A stretch of DNA of 64,000 bases from Candidatus Peregrinibacteria bacterium CG10_big_fil_rev_8_21_14_0_10_49_16 (GCA_002772605.1 PFDS01000040.1:14862-78861), one strand, 5' to 3'; shown: positions 19,435 to 29,375, counted from the first letter of the stretch. Notes: generated by a model not told the origin, from the letters alone. Translations and numbers: made by a program.

Positions 19435-20258
19435 ATGCCACCGAAAAAGCATCAGGCAAACTCATTCTCTCCGGCGAGTATGCCGTGGTATTTGGCCATC
19501 CGGGAATTGCCATCCCCATCCCCTTCACAACACAGGTAACTTACCATGAAAATAAGCATTATGAAGAAGCTCAATATATACAAAAAATAAAAAAGGAGTG
19601 TGAGACATTCACCGAGCCTCTGTCAGGAACATTCACAGTAGAAAGCGCCATCCCTATTGGCCGCGGCCTGGGATCATCCACGGCACTCGTGATTGCAATC
19701 GCACGATGTCTCAGCCTCACAAAAGAACAGGCTCTCTCCATCGAAGACACTATCAACCCCGGCCACAGCGGCATCGACTTCGAAACCATCTGGCAGGAAC
19801 GTCCGTTGAAATTTGTTAAAGGCCACAGGCCGGAGCCTGTCGATATCAATCTCGATTTCCTTGAAAATACCATCCTCATTGATACAGGAAAACCAAATGA
19901 AACAACACCAGAGTTGGTGAAATGGGTGAAAGACAATATGGCACCAGAAACATATCCCTTCCAGACCATCGCCCACTGCACCAAACGCCTCCTCCAAGGA
20001 GAATCTCCCCTCACAGTCTTCCCTGATCACCATCGGGCCCAAATCGCACTCGGCGTCGTCCCTAAAGAAGGGCAAAAACTTATTACAGAAATCGAATCCG
20101 TTGGCGGAGTAGCTAAAGTTCTCGGTGCGGGTGGAAGAACAGGCGGCGGAGGAATGGTATTGGCAGTACATTCGACGGTGAAGAACCTAGAAAAAGTCGC
20201 ACAATACTTTGCTTTTCCCATCCATCCGCTTCAAAATGACTTGCTGCACCTTGCATGA
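19431..20258 (+). CDS. mvk: mevalonate kinase (GHMP family)
   Basis: GKLILSGEYAVV, PIGRGLGSS, HSGID and GAGG motifs. Confidence 0.85.
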   Translation: MNATEKASGKLILSGEYAVVFGHPGIAIPIPFTTQVTYHENKHYEEAQYIQKIKKECETFTEPLSGTFTVESAIPIGRGLGSSTALVIAIARCLSLTKEQALSIEDTINPGHSGIDFETIWQERPLKFVKGHRPEPVDINLDFLENTILIDTGKPNETTPELVKWVKDNMAPETYPFQTIAHCTKRLLQGESPLTVFPDHHRAQIALGVVPKEGQKLITEIESVGGVAKVLGAGGRTGGGGMVLAVHSTVKNLEKVAQYFAFPIHPLQNDLLHLA

Positions 20259-21265
20259 TTACTGTCACCTCCACCCCAAACATCGCCTTTATTAAATACT
20301 GGGGGAACCGCCATCAGGAATTGCGCTTACCAACAAACGATTCCTTATCGATGACGCTCGATTCTCCCATCGTTGAAGTTTCCATAGAAGAAACCAACAC
20401 ATTTTCGGTTACTTCGAACAAGGAACTCACCAAAAAAGACCAAGCGCGCTTGAAAATTCATCGAGAACTTGCACATCGCTACCTTACATCACTTCAGCCG
20501 GAATATGCACTACCGACAGTATCTGTCTCCATAACCTCACAAGTCCCCGCTGGTATTGGACTTGCCTCGTCTGCAGCAATTTTTAGCGGAATTACCAAAG
20601 CGTATGCCGAACTGCTCGCTCAAAAAGGAGTACACCTCACAAATGAACAGGTGAGTATCATGGCACGATTAGGATCTGGTTCAGCCTGCCGCAGCATTCA
20701 TGGGGGCTTTGTTGCCATACACGCAGGCTTAAGTGATAGCATCGATGCGGCAATAGCTGTTCAGATTGCTGACGAACATCACTGGAAACTCCACAATGTC
20801 GTTATTGCACCAAGTCTTCAGGAAAAAAAATATGGATCAAGTGAAGGTCACCAAATAGCACATACTAGTCCTTTCTTTACAGAAAGATTGCAGAAACTCT
20901 CAAAAAGACAACAAGAGTGCATTGATGCAATTTGTCATAAAGATTTTGAAAAACTCCAGCATGTGACTGAAGAGGATGCATGGAATATGCATAAAATTGC
21001 CGAAACGAGTACACCCTCTCTGTGTTACCTGACACAAGAAACGTATCGCATAACACAGGAAGTTGCACAACTACGAACAGAAAAACATCTGCCCGTTCTC
21101 TTCACTATGGATGCCGGACCCACGGTGCATCTTATCTGCACCGAAGAAGCCTGTGCCGATATCAGAGAATACGCTCACCAACAAACAGGATGCGCCATAT
21201 TCGAAACAAAAGTAGGAACTGGCGCACAGAGGAAAGCTGCCAAGCATGAAACCTGGCAGCTGTAG
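20255..21265 (+). CDS. mvaD: diphosphomevalonate (or phosphomevalonate) decarboxylase
   Basis: NIAFIKYWG, GLASSA, GSGSACRS and TMDAGP motifs. Confidence 0.92.
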   Translation: MITVTSTPNIAFIKYWGNRHQELRLPTNDSLSMTLDSPIVEVSIEETNTFSVTSNKELTKKDQARLKIHRELAHRYLTSLQPEYALPTVSVSITSQVPAGIGLASSAAIFSGITKAYAELLAQKGVHLTNEQVSIMARLGSGSACRSIHGGFVAIHAGLSDSIDAAIAVQIADEHHWKLHNVVIAPSLQEKKYGSSEGHQIAHTSPFFTERLQKLSKRQQECIDAICHKDFEKLQHVTEEDAWNMHKIAETSTPSLCYLTQETYRITQEVAQLRTEKHLPVLFTMDAGPTVHLICTEEACADIREYAHQQTGCAIFETKVGTGAQRKAAKHETWQL

Positions 21266-21273
21266 AACTCTGG

Positions 21274-21468
21274 TCACACCACCAGTTTTTTGCTGCAAAA
21301 TGGACAATACTGAATGGGGAGCTTGGCAGAAGTACTCTTCGTATCCCGATAGTTCAGCACGAGATGCAAAAAGGCTCCTTCATTCGGACATGCCACTACA
21401 ATGCTGTGCTCAGGACACTTCTTACGAAATACATCATGCCCCTTACATCTGTGTACAGGCGTTGGCAT
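21274..21468 (-). CDS. small Cys-rich protein
   Basis: SD AAAGGAGGTG; C-terminal IQYCPFCSKKL zinc knuckle. Confidence 0.6.
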   Translation of the reverse strand: MPTPVHRCKGHDVFRKKCPEHSIVVACPNEGAFLHLVLNYRDTKSTSAKLPIQYCPFCSKKLVV

Positions 21469-21573
21469 AGAAATCACCTCCTTTCAAGCAATAAATGACC
21501 AGTTACACTGAACATACTTCAAAAATATATAGATAAACAAGGGCAGTCATCGACATGACGACTGCCCTGTCAC

Positions 21574-21873
21574 TTACTGCTCCTTTGGAGCGTGTTCTTT
21601 GGAAATTTGCACTTCCATAGAAATCTTTTTCCGTGTGAATCGCGAATGGAGCATCGTTGCAACCACGCTTCCCACAGCAGTACCCGCTGCATAACACAGG
21701 ATATCCACTACCGACGGAACGTTCGTGACTACATGCCGAATGAGAAGAAGCCACGCGCCACTGACCAGAAACGTCCATCCGGCATTGAGGAAGTTCCGTT
21801 CCGTGTATGCAACGATTCTCAGCCGCATTACTACAAGAAAATCCCACAGAAACCCAAGCAGAAAGTATCCCAT
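21574..21873 (-). CDS. small three-TM membrane protein (DUF5698-like)
   Basis: SD GGAGGG; YAAGTAVGS motif; hydrophobic helices. Confidence 0.6.
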   Translation of the reverse strand: MGYFLLGFLWDFLVVMRLRIVAYTERNFLNAGWTFLVSGAWLLLIRHVVTNVPSVVDILCYAAGTAVGSVVATMLHSRFTRKKISMEVQISKEHAPKEQ

Positions 21874-21960
21874 ATGTCCCTCCTTCCCTTGCTCTTTCAA
21901 GGAACAATACTAACAAGTAGTATATATCAGAACAGAAAGAGAATGATAGCACAAATACGT

Positions 21961-23121
21961 ATGGATTTCCGCACCCTCTCCATTCACGGCCGACGAGAAA
22001 CACTGGAACGAAAATTCTGCATTGATCTCTCAACACTCGCCATCAATGAGAAACACATTGGGCATGCCAACGAAAGAAACTGTGAACAGATGTTCGGCCA
22101 TGTGCCGATTCCTGTCGGGTACGCGGGACCACTTTCTATTACATTGAGCTGCGAGGAGAAGATCGAAGCGCACTTGCCACTGGCAACGACAGAAGCCGCA
22201 CTGATCGCCAGTGTGAACCGCGGATGTAAAGCTCTGCGGGAAGCGGGAGGAGCGCAGACAACATCGATCTATCACGGCATCACCCGATCCATTGCATTAA
22301 GAATGCAGAATGCAGAATGCAGAATGCAGAATTACGAAGAAGAAATTTCTCTAAAAAAAGAGGAATGGGTTGCGGTAGGTGAAGCAACCAGTAACCATCT
22401 CAAAATTTTGAAGTACGAAATAGACACACACGAAGATCTCCTCTTCCTCACCATCTACGCCGACACAGATGAAGCAATGGGAATGAATATGGTGACGATT
22501 GCAGCGGAGGAAATTGGAAAATGGATGGAAAAAAACTTCAACCTGGAATGTATAACCGTAGCCGCAAATGTGGATAGCGATAAAAAACCGAGTCAAAGAA
22601 CAAAGGAAAAAGGGCGCGGATATGAAGTGACGGCGACAGCTGTTCTTTCTGAAGAAGTCGTAGAATCAGTTCTCAAAACCACCCCGAAAGCACTGCTGGA
22701 AGTAGCGCATGCAAAATTGAAAGTTGGCTCGGAAATCGCCGGGGCTCTCGGCAAAAACTGTCATGCTGCTAACATCATCGCCGCCCTCTACCTCGCAACA
22801 GGACAGGATGCGGCACATGTTGTGGAGGGATCATTGGCAGAAACGCAAGTAAAAATTGATAATGGACAATTGAAAGTGATTGTACGAAATCCGGCAATCC
22901 TCGTTGGGATCCGCGGCGGCGGCACAACCCTTCCTGCCCAATCCCAAGCTCTCAATCTTCTACTAAAATCTACAGTTTCAGGTCTACAGTCTACGCAACA
23001 GCTTGCTGAAACCATCGGCGCGGCAGTTCTCGCTGGCGAACTCTCTCTCCTCGCAGCTCAATCCAGCCACACACTCGCAAAAAGTCATAAATTCCTTGCA
23101 CGATCTAGCCCCCTCCCCTAG
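21961..23121 (+). CDS. hmgA: HMG-CoA reductase, class I type
   Basis: PLATTEAALIASVNRG, EAMGMNM, DKKPS, GQDAAH, LAGELSL motifs; true start lies downstream of the ORF-track start. Confidence 0.93.
   Translation: MDFRTLSIHGRRETLERKFCIDLSTLAINEKHIGHANERNCEQMFGHVPIPVGYAGPLSITLSCEEKIEAHLPLATTEAALIASVNRGCKALREAGGAQTTSIYHGITRSIALRMQNAECRMQNYEEEISLKKEEWVAVGEATSNHLKILKYEIDTHEDLLFLTIYADTDEAMGMNMVTIAAEEIGKWMEKNFNLECITVAANVDSDKKPSQRTKEKGRGYEVTATAVLSEEVVESVLKTTPKALLEVAHAKLKVGSEIAGALGKNCHAANIIAALYLATGQDAAHVVEGSLAETQVKIDNGQLKVIVRNPAILVGIRGGGTTLPAQSQALNLLLKSTVSGLQSTQQLAETIGAAVLAGELSLLAAQSSHTLAKSHKFLARSSPLP
22300..22331 (+). repeat. AGAATGC heptamer tandem repeat inside hmgA
   Basis: (AGAATGC)x4 + AGAA; encodes RMQNAECRMQN. 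Confidence 0.85.
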
Positions 23122-23143
23122 CCCCTCCCTCAAGGGAGGAGAA
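23109..23143. repeat. REP-like palindrome, CCCTCTCCC family
   Basis: cccctcccctagcccctccctcaagggaggaga overlapping the hmgA stop codon. Confidence 0.55.
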
Positions 23144-23193
23144 CTCCTCCATCTACCTCCTGATCCATCACTATTTCTGATAAACTTTTTCCC

Positions 23194-24219
23194 ATGCATT
23201 CTGTAATCATTGGTTTCGGCAAATACCTCCCTCGTTATCGTATCCGCACGGAAGAAATAGCCAAACACTGGCAACAAGATGCAGCACATATTACTCAATC
23301 TCTTGGTATCGAAGAGAAAACGGTGCCGGCAGAGAACGAAGATAGTTTTACATTCGCATACGAAGCAGCCAAACAAGCTATCGAGGTTGCCAATATTCCT
23401 TCATCAGAAATTTCCGCCTGTTTCGTGGGATCGGAGAGTCACCCCTACGCCGTGAAACCTACAAGCGGAATGCTGGTTTCTGCCCTCGAACTCCACCCGT
23501 TCTCTCACGCAGCTGACCTGGAATTCGCCTGTAAGGCAGGAACCGCAGCAATGCAAATTGTGGACAGTTTCATACGGTCAAAACAAATCGAATACGGCCT
23601 TGCCATTGGCACAGACAGAGCACAGGCAAAAGCTGGCGATGCACTGGAGTATTCCGCGGCTGCTGGGGCCGCCGCCCTACTTCTTGGATCCGAAAAACAC
23701 GAAAATGCCCTTTGTCGCATGGACCATACGCTCTCTTTCACCACAGACACACCCGATTTCTGGCGAAGTGAAGGGGCATCTCACCCTGAACACGCCGGCC
23801 GCTTCACCGGCGAACCCGGCTACTTCTCTCACATGCGCGAAACCATCAGTGGTCTCCTAACCGCTACCCACTCATCGCTCCCTGCTATTCATCATGTGGT
23901 CCTCCATATGCCCAATGCGAAATTTCCCAAAAAAATCATGAAAGAGTTTGGATGTACGGATGCACAAGTTGCACATGGGTTTATCGTCCCTACTATCGGA
24001 AATACGTATAGCGCCTGTTCCCTCCTTGGCCTGGTAAACGTCCTACAACATGCTAAGAAAGAAGAAAGGATTATGCTGGTTTCCTATGGCTCTGGAGCAG
24101 GATGCGATGCTTTCCTGATGACCATGCTCCGACACGGGATGACGCTCTCTGAAGAAAGGAGAGATCTGGAGTATGTCTCCTACAGCAAATATTCTCAGCT
24201 GGTACAATCTCACCAGTAA
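23194..24219 (+). CDS. HMG-CoA synthase, archaeal type
   Basis: GSESHPYAVKP, DLEFACKAGT, GRFTGEPGYF and GNTYS motifs. Confidence 0.93.
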   Translation: MHSVIIGFGKYLPRYRIRTEEIAKHWQQDAAHITQSLGIEEKTVPAENEDSFTFAYEAAKQAIEVANIPSSEISACFVGSESHPYAVKPTSGMLVSALELHPFSHAADLEFACKAGTAAMQIVDSFIRSKQIEYGLAIGTDRAQAKAGDALEYSAAAGAAALLLGSEKHENALCRMDHTLSFTTDTPDFWRSEGASHPEHAGRFTGEPGYFSHMRETISGLLTATHSSLPAIHHVVLHMPNAKFPKKIMKEFGCTDAQVAHGFIVPTIGNTYSACSLLGLVNVLQHAKKEERIMLVSYGSGAGCDAFLMTMLRHGMTLSEERRDLEYVSYSKYSQLVQSHQ

Positions 24220-24256
24220 TCTATACTACAGATACCAATCCTCTGAACTGACTCAC

Positions 24257-25366
24257 GTGCAGAGAGACATCTTCCTTATTGGCTCGGGACAAACACGCTT
24301 TGGCGAATGGTGGCATATGAGCCTCCAAGATCTCGTACAGAAAGCAATGGACACAAGTATAGAAAATGCACCATGTACAGCACTGGATATTGACATGGTC
24401 ATTACGGCAAACATGCTGGGGGAACTCACAAATAATCAAGCACATGTTGGCGCTCTCGCCTCTGCACTCCTTCCACATAAACCCCCGGCCCTTCGTATCG
24501 AAGCAGCATGTGCATCCGGTTCTGTTGCTCTTCATACGGCTTGCGCATTCCTTGAAAGTGAACGTGCTGAAACAATTCTTGTTCTTGGTGTAGAGAAAAT
24601 GACAGATGTCTCTTCTGAGCAGATCACACGCGCGCTCATGGGAGCATCAGACAACGAAAAGGACCAAGTGCCTGGTCTGACATTTCCCGGAATTTTTGGA
24701 CTGATTGCCAAGCGGTATATGTACGAATACGGACTCAAACGTGAAGAGTTGAATATCGTGAGTGCACGCCATCACGAAAATGCATCAAAGAACCCCAACG
24801 CGCAATTTCGTAGCCCCATTGCACCAGAGTCCGTGGAGACAAGCCCCCTTGTTGCCGATCCGCTTCACATGCTCGATTGCTCCCCCATTAGCGATGGGGC
24901 TGCTGCGTGCATCCTGAGCACAAAGTACAAAAGTCCTTTTCAACTGCGTGCATCGACACTCGCAAATGATGCGGTCAGTATTACTGACCGTGAATCCATT
25001 ACAAGCTTCTCTGCAACAAAAGAAGCTCTGGAAAAAGCATTGAAAGAGGCATGTATTAGACGAGAAGATATTGCCACAATCGAACATCACGACTGTTTTT
25101 CCATTGCAGCAGTGATCAACATGGAAGACTTGGGCTTCGCAGATAAAGGAAAGGGCATTGAATGTTACACAAAACCTTCATCACACACCTTTAATGCTAG
25201 TGGGGGCTTAAAAGCCTGCGGCCACCCTGTTGGTGCAACCGGCATTAAGCAATTGATCGATGTGCGTAAACAGTTAGAACACTCACAGAGTCGTTACGGA
25301 TTGGCCCACAACTTCGGCGGTGCCTGCGCCACCTGTTGCGTCCATATCCTCGAGTACACCGTATAA
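24257..25366 (+). CDS. acetoacetyl-CoA thiolase, archaeal/SCP2-like type
   Basis: EAACASG, GVEKM, SDGAAA, HDCF, GHPVGATG and HNFGG motifs; GTG start inferred. Confidence 0.9.
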   Translation: MQRDIFLIGSGQTRFGEWWHMSLQDLVQKAMDTSIENAPCTALDIDMVITANMLGELTNNQAHVGALASALLPHKPPALRIEAACASGSVALHTACAFLESERAETILVLGVEKMTDVSSEQITRALMGASDNEKDQVPGLTFPGIFGLIAKRYMYEYGLKREELNIVSARHHENASKNPNAQFRSPIAPESVETSPLVADPLHMLDCSPISDGAAACILSTKYKSPFQLRASTLANDAVSITDRESITSFSATKEALEKALKEACIRREDIATIEHHDCFSIAAVINMEDLGFADKGKGIECYTKPSSHTFNASGGLKACGHPVGATGIKQLIDVRKQLEHSQSRYGLAHNFGGACATCCVHILEYTV

Positions 25367-26287
25367 ATGTCTACTCCTTCCATCGCTCATCGGGCTCTGA
25401 AGACACGAAATCAGAAGAATCAATCTGGAACAATTATCTCATATACGACGATCACACAATCTCAGTCCCACACTATTGCGTTGATCGAACTGGAAGACGG
25501 TTCACGGGTACTGGGACAGATAGTGTGTCACTCTGAGCAAAATATGCTCAGTGCAACAGCACTCATTGGCCAACGCGTCATGCCTCGCATGGCACTCTCC
25601 TCTATAACGGAGCAGGGCCTTCGCATCTACGACATTTCCTACGAAGTCATCATACAGAAAAAAATTGATACATTTGATGAAAGCGTGTTTCCACGCTATA
25701 TCCTCGCTATTACCGGCCCTTCAGGAGTAGGAAAATCTACCGTCAGCAAACTACTGGGAACTGTCTGCAGCCACTCTATGACACGCGTCCCTATTCTGAC
25801 GACACGTCACCCTAAAGAGGGTGATGATGGCGAATATACATACGTATCGCAGAAAGAATTTGAAAAACTACACAAAGAAGGGAAACTCGCTGCGTACACT
25901 GATATTCCATCAAACAGCGAGGAACGCCGATACGGCTACGTAGTAGAAGACCTTGAGAGAATCTGGGAAAATGGGAAAGTGCCCGTTGTGGTCACAGAAA
26001 TGCACCTGTTGCAGGGATTGGCGCAACACTTTGGACGTCGCTCCATCCTCTCCTTCGGCCTCCTTCCTCCAGGGAAAAGCCGACGTGCAATGCTCAGTTC
26101 ACTCCTCTTTCGTCTGCGAAAACGTGGCCGCGAAACCGAAGCACAGATCCGTGAACGCCTCAAACATGCTGTGCAAGACCTGCAATTCTTCAAAGAACGT
26201 GCCGAACTCTTCGACCACATTCTCGTCAACGAAGATTTGGATACACTCATCAAAACGTTCCAGAAACATGCACTAGAAACTGTATAA
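25367..26287 (+). CDS. DUF35-type OB-fold domain fused to a guanylate-kinase-like P-loop kinase
   Basis: N-terminal GTIISYTTI..IALIELEDGSRVLGQI..IGQRV; C-terminal GPSGVGKST, TTRHPKEG and RLRKRGRET. Confidence 0.8.
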   Translation: MSTPSIAHRALKTRNQKNQSGTIISYTTITQSQSHTIALIELEDGSRVLGQIVCHSEQNMLSATALIGQRVMPRMALSSITEQGLRIYDISYEVIIQKKIDTFDESVFPRYILAITGPSGVGKSTVSKLLGTVCSHSMTRVPILTTRHPKEGDDGEYTYVSQKEFEKLHKEGKLAAYTDIPSNSEERRYGYVVEDLERIWENGKVPVVVTEMHLLQGLAQHFGRRSILSFGLLPPGKSRRAMLSSLLFRLRKRGRETEAQIRERLKHAVQDLQFFKERAELFDHILVNEDLDTLIKTFQKHALETV

Positions 26288-26288
26288 C

Positions 26289-27881
26289 CTATCTTCCAGG
26301 GCACATTGCTGCGATAGCATCTGACACAAGACCGAGAAAATTCTTTTCAAAGTACTCTTTGAATTCTAACGCCAATGCATCTGCTACACGATCGTAGTCA
26401 TCGGGATGGGACCACATCTTTTTTGGATTGAGCAGGTTTTCGTCCACTCCAGGACAAACCAAAGGAACAGCCACATGAAACTTGCGGTACTCCCAATAGG
26501 GCACACTGTGTAATTCCCCACGTAATGCAGCACACACAAGGTGACGCGTCACGGCAATATCCATTCGCTCTCCAACTCCATACGGACCACCACTCCAGCC
26601 TGTGTTCACAAGATAGACCGCTGATCCATATTGCGTCAGTTTCTGCTGAAAGAGATCCAAGTAGTCCTGTGGTTTTCGTGGCATAAACGGACCACCGAAA
26701 AATCGCGAAAATGTCGCTTTTGGCTTTGTGATACCCGCTTCGGTTCCTGCGAGTTTGGATGTGTATCCGAGTAAGAACCAGAGCATCGCCTGCTCTGTAT
26801 TCAACTTCGCAATGGGAGGAAGCACCCCACTCGCATCAGCTGTAAGGAAGATAATCGTGGAAGGATGTGCCCCTTGTCCACCCTTTTTTACATTCTGCAA
26901 ACTGGTCAATGGATAGGTAGCACGGGAATTTTCAGTGAACCGATCATCATCGGTGTCGATAGTGCCGTCGGGATAGACCATAGCATTCTCAATAATGGCA
27001 TCTTGTCCTTGTTCCAGAACTGCCATATAGATCTCCGGTTCCTTCTCTTTGCGAAGACCGATCAATTTCGCATAGCACCCGTTCTCCATATTCGCAATAC
27101 CCTCATCCGACCATAGATGTTCGTCGTCGCCAATCATCTTTCTCTGAGAATCACTGGATAAGGTTGTCTTACCAGTTCCTGACAAACCGAGAAAGAGCGC
27201 CGTCGACCCGTCAGGAGCTTCATTTGCACTGCAGTGCAGTGGCAGAATTCCGTGTTCTGGGAGAAGCGCATTCATCACTGTAAAAGCGAGCTTCTTCACA
27301 GAACCAAGATAAGAAGATCCATATACCAATCCTCGACGTCTCTGGAAATCCATTGCGATAAGTGCCTTGGAGGATCCTGGTCGCTGTACAGTATCATATG
27401 GCAACACAAGAATGGTTAATGGATCACCAAGTTGAGATTCTGCATATTGAGCATCCAAAAACATATTCAGAGTGAATAGTGTACTCAGTGCACTATCAGT
27501 AACCGTCTGCACTGAAAGTGCATACTGTGGGTGTGCTCCCACAGACCGGTGTGTGACGTAGAGCCGTTCTTTTTGAGACAACATGTGTTGCGCTTCAGAC
27601 CATACCTCATCAAATACGTTGGGTTCCATAGGAATACACGTCTGCGAAAAACTCCAGTCAATGGTAGGATCTCCTGGGTGACAGACCATGTACGTATTTT
27701 GAGGAATGCGTCCTGTTGACAGTGCGGGGCGCCACACAGCAAGCGCACCGGAGGCACTCGGAAGTGCCTCACGGACCGTGAGAATCTCATCTACAAGAGA
27801 GGAACGTGATGGATCTACCCAGATATTCGGATGCGTGGTAAGCAATGATGTGGAAACAGAAGAAGTGGCAACAGAAGACAT
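26289..27881 (-). CDS. pckA: phosphoenolpyruvate carboxykinase (ATP)
   Basis: HCSAN, GLSGTGKTTLS, IGDDEH and GCYAK motifs. Confidence 0.95.
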   Translation of the reverse strand: MSSVATSSVSTSLLTTHPNIWVDPSRSSLVDEILTVREALPSASGALAVWRPALSTGRIPQNTYMVCHPGDPTIDWSFSQTCIPMEPNVFDEVWSEAQHMLSQKERLYVTHRSVGAHPQYALSVQTVTDSALSTLFTLNMFLDAQYAESQLGDPLTILVLPYDTVQRPGSSKALIAMDFQRRRGLVYGSSYLGSVKKLAFTVMNALLPEHGILPLHCSANEAPDGSTALFLGLSGTGKTTLSSDSQRKMIGDDEHLWSDEGIANMENGCYAKLIGLRKEKEPEIYMAVLEQGQDAIIENAMVYPDGTIDTDDDRFTENSRATYPLTSLQNVKKGGQGAHPSTIIFLTADASGVLPPIAKLNTEQAMLWFLLGYTSKLAGTEAGITKPKATFSRFFGGPFMPRKPQDYLDLFQQKLTQYGSAVYLVNTGWSGGPYGVGERMDIAVTRHLVCAALRGELHSVPYWEYRKFHVAVPLVCPGVDENLLNPKKMWSHPDDYDRVADALALEFKEYFEKNFLGLVSDAIAAMCPGR

Positions 27882-27890
27882 AAAGAGAGT

Positions 27891-29126
27891 TTAAGAAGAA
27901 AGGTCACAGAATGTTTTATGCAGATTGTCGTAGAGCAGAGGAAGCTGCTCTGTAGGAACCGAGGAAAAGGCAATGCGTACTTTGTCCTGTCCGAGAGCGA
28001 CAATCCCCGTATCATACTGTTCAAGCAAATGCCGTCGTACGGCTTCCGCGTCAAGATGATGCAACTGCAAACAGAGAAAGTACCCGGAGTTACAGGGAAG
28101 GAGAGTACAAAAACGTGCAAAACGACCCTGAACAAGAATGTCCTGTGAACGGTGAAAACGTTTCCTCAACAGTTCTTTGTTCCTCTGTTTTTCTCGGGCA
28201 TACGTTGACGAACGCAGTGTGCGAAGCACGAGGTGTTGTGACAACTGAGAACAGTTCGATACATCGCCTCGTACAAAACCAGCAACTCTGTCTTCCAGAT
28301 CTGTGTACATCTCTTTCGTTGTCGCCTTCCCACCAAACGTAAGGAATCCAACACGCAAACCCCATGCATATTCTTCTTTTGTCGCCCCATCAATCTTCAC
28401 TGCGAGCACGCGTTCATGAAGGTTCGCCAATCGTGCAAACAGAGATTCCTGAGGAAGAGCGTCGTCATATGTGAGTCCGAAATACGCATCATCACAGAGT
28501 ACTGTCAAAGTACTGCCACGTTCTGCTTCATCGGAGAGAGAAGCGCACAAAGACTCGTACTCTACAGCCGTATATCCTGTTGGATTATTCGGAAAATTAA
28601 GAAGTAAAACTTTATGTGTTGAAGAGGAATGTTGTATGGCAGTACACAAGGACTCCACATCCATTCGTCCCTCGTGAAATAGAGGAATGGCATGAAGAGT
28701 TGCTCCCCAGAGCTTCTCGAATGTCTGACGATAGTTTCCCCAATAGGGAGAAAAGATATAGACCGCATCACCCGGATCTGTGAAGAGACAAGCACATGCA
28801 CTGAGACCATGGGTAATCCCCGCAGTCACTACAGGAGTACTCACAGAAGCAGGAAGTGATGGGTTTTTAAGACGCATGTGCCGCAACCACTCATTGCGTA
28901 AACTTTCTATTCCGTGAGTCGATGCATAGGGTAGTACTTCTTCCAGAGGCAAATTCACGAGCCTCATGAGAGAAGGGAGATGTAAGGGGACCCCCTCCTC
29001 ATCCAAAGCAATACCAATTGTAGCGTTTATGGGTTTCCCTCGTGCCTCTGCCGTCTGCGTCACGATGCCGCCATGTGGAAAAGAAATGCGCTTTCCACGC
29101 TCAGAAAGCCAAGAATGAAGGGACAT
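27891..29126 (-). CDS. PLP-dependent aminotransferase class I/II
   Basis: NFPNNPTG, DDAY and GATKE..WGLRVG motifs. Confidence 0.9.
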   Translation of the reverse strand: MSLHSWLSERGKRISFPHGGIVTQTAEARGKPINATIGIALDEEGVPLHLPSLMRLVNLPLEEVLPYASTHGIESLRNEWLRHMRLKNPSLPASVSTPVVTAGITHGLSACACLFTDPGDAVYIFSPYWGNYRQTFEKLWGATLHAIPLFHEGRMDVESLCTAIQHSSSTHKVLLLNFPNNPTGYTAVEYESLCASLSDEAERGSTLTVLCDDAYFGLTYDDALPQESLFARLANLHERVLAVKIDGATKEEYAWGLRVGFLTFGGKATTKEMYTDLEDRVAGFVRGDVSNCSQLSQHLVLRTLRSSTYAREKQRNKELLRKRFHRSQDILVQGRFARFCTLLPCNSGYFLCLQLHHLDAEAVRRHLLEQYDTGIVALGQDKVRIAFSSVPTEQLPLLYDNLHKTFCDLSS

Positions 29127-29375
29127 GCGCCTCATCCTACACAGAGAACTCCCGAGGGAAAACAAAAGAACGTGCAAAAAAGCCTACGAAACCCCCCATC
29201 TCTCACTTTATCGCATGTGCAGGACCAAAATATATCCCACAAGAACTTCCCACAATTCACCAGTCTTAATACGTCGTATTTTAAAAGAATAAATGCCAGT
29301 AATAGAGCTACAAGATAAATGGTCCAAAATTGCAATTCCCGAAGCCGAGTCACCTGTGGATAATGAGCGGTCCCT

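Noticed and set aside
21592..21960. 123-aa N-terminal extension of HMG-CoA reductase
   Set aside because: Overlaps an SD-led minus-strand gene; reductase-like sequence begins near 21961.
22300..22331. Tandem repeat as a possible CRISPR array
   Set aside because: 7-bp unit with no spacers, inside a CDS; no cas genes in the window.
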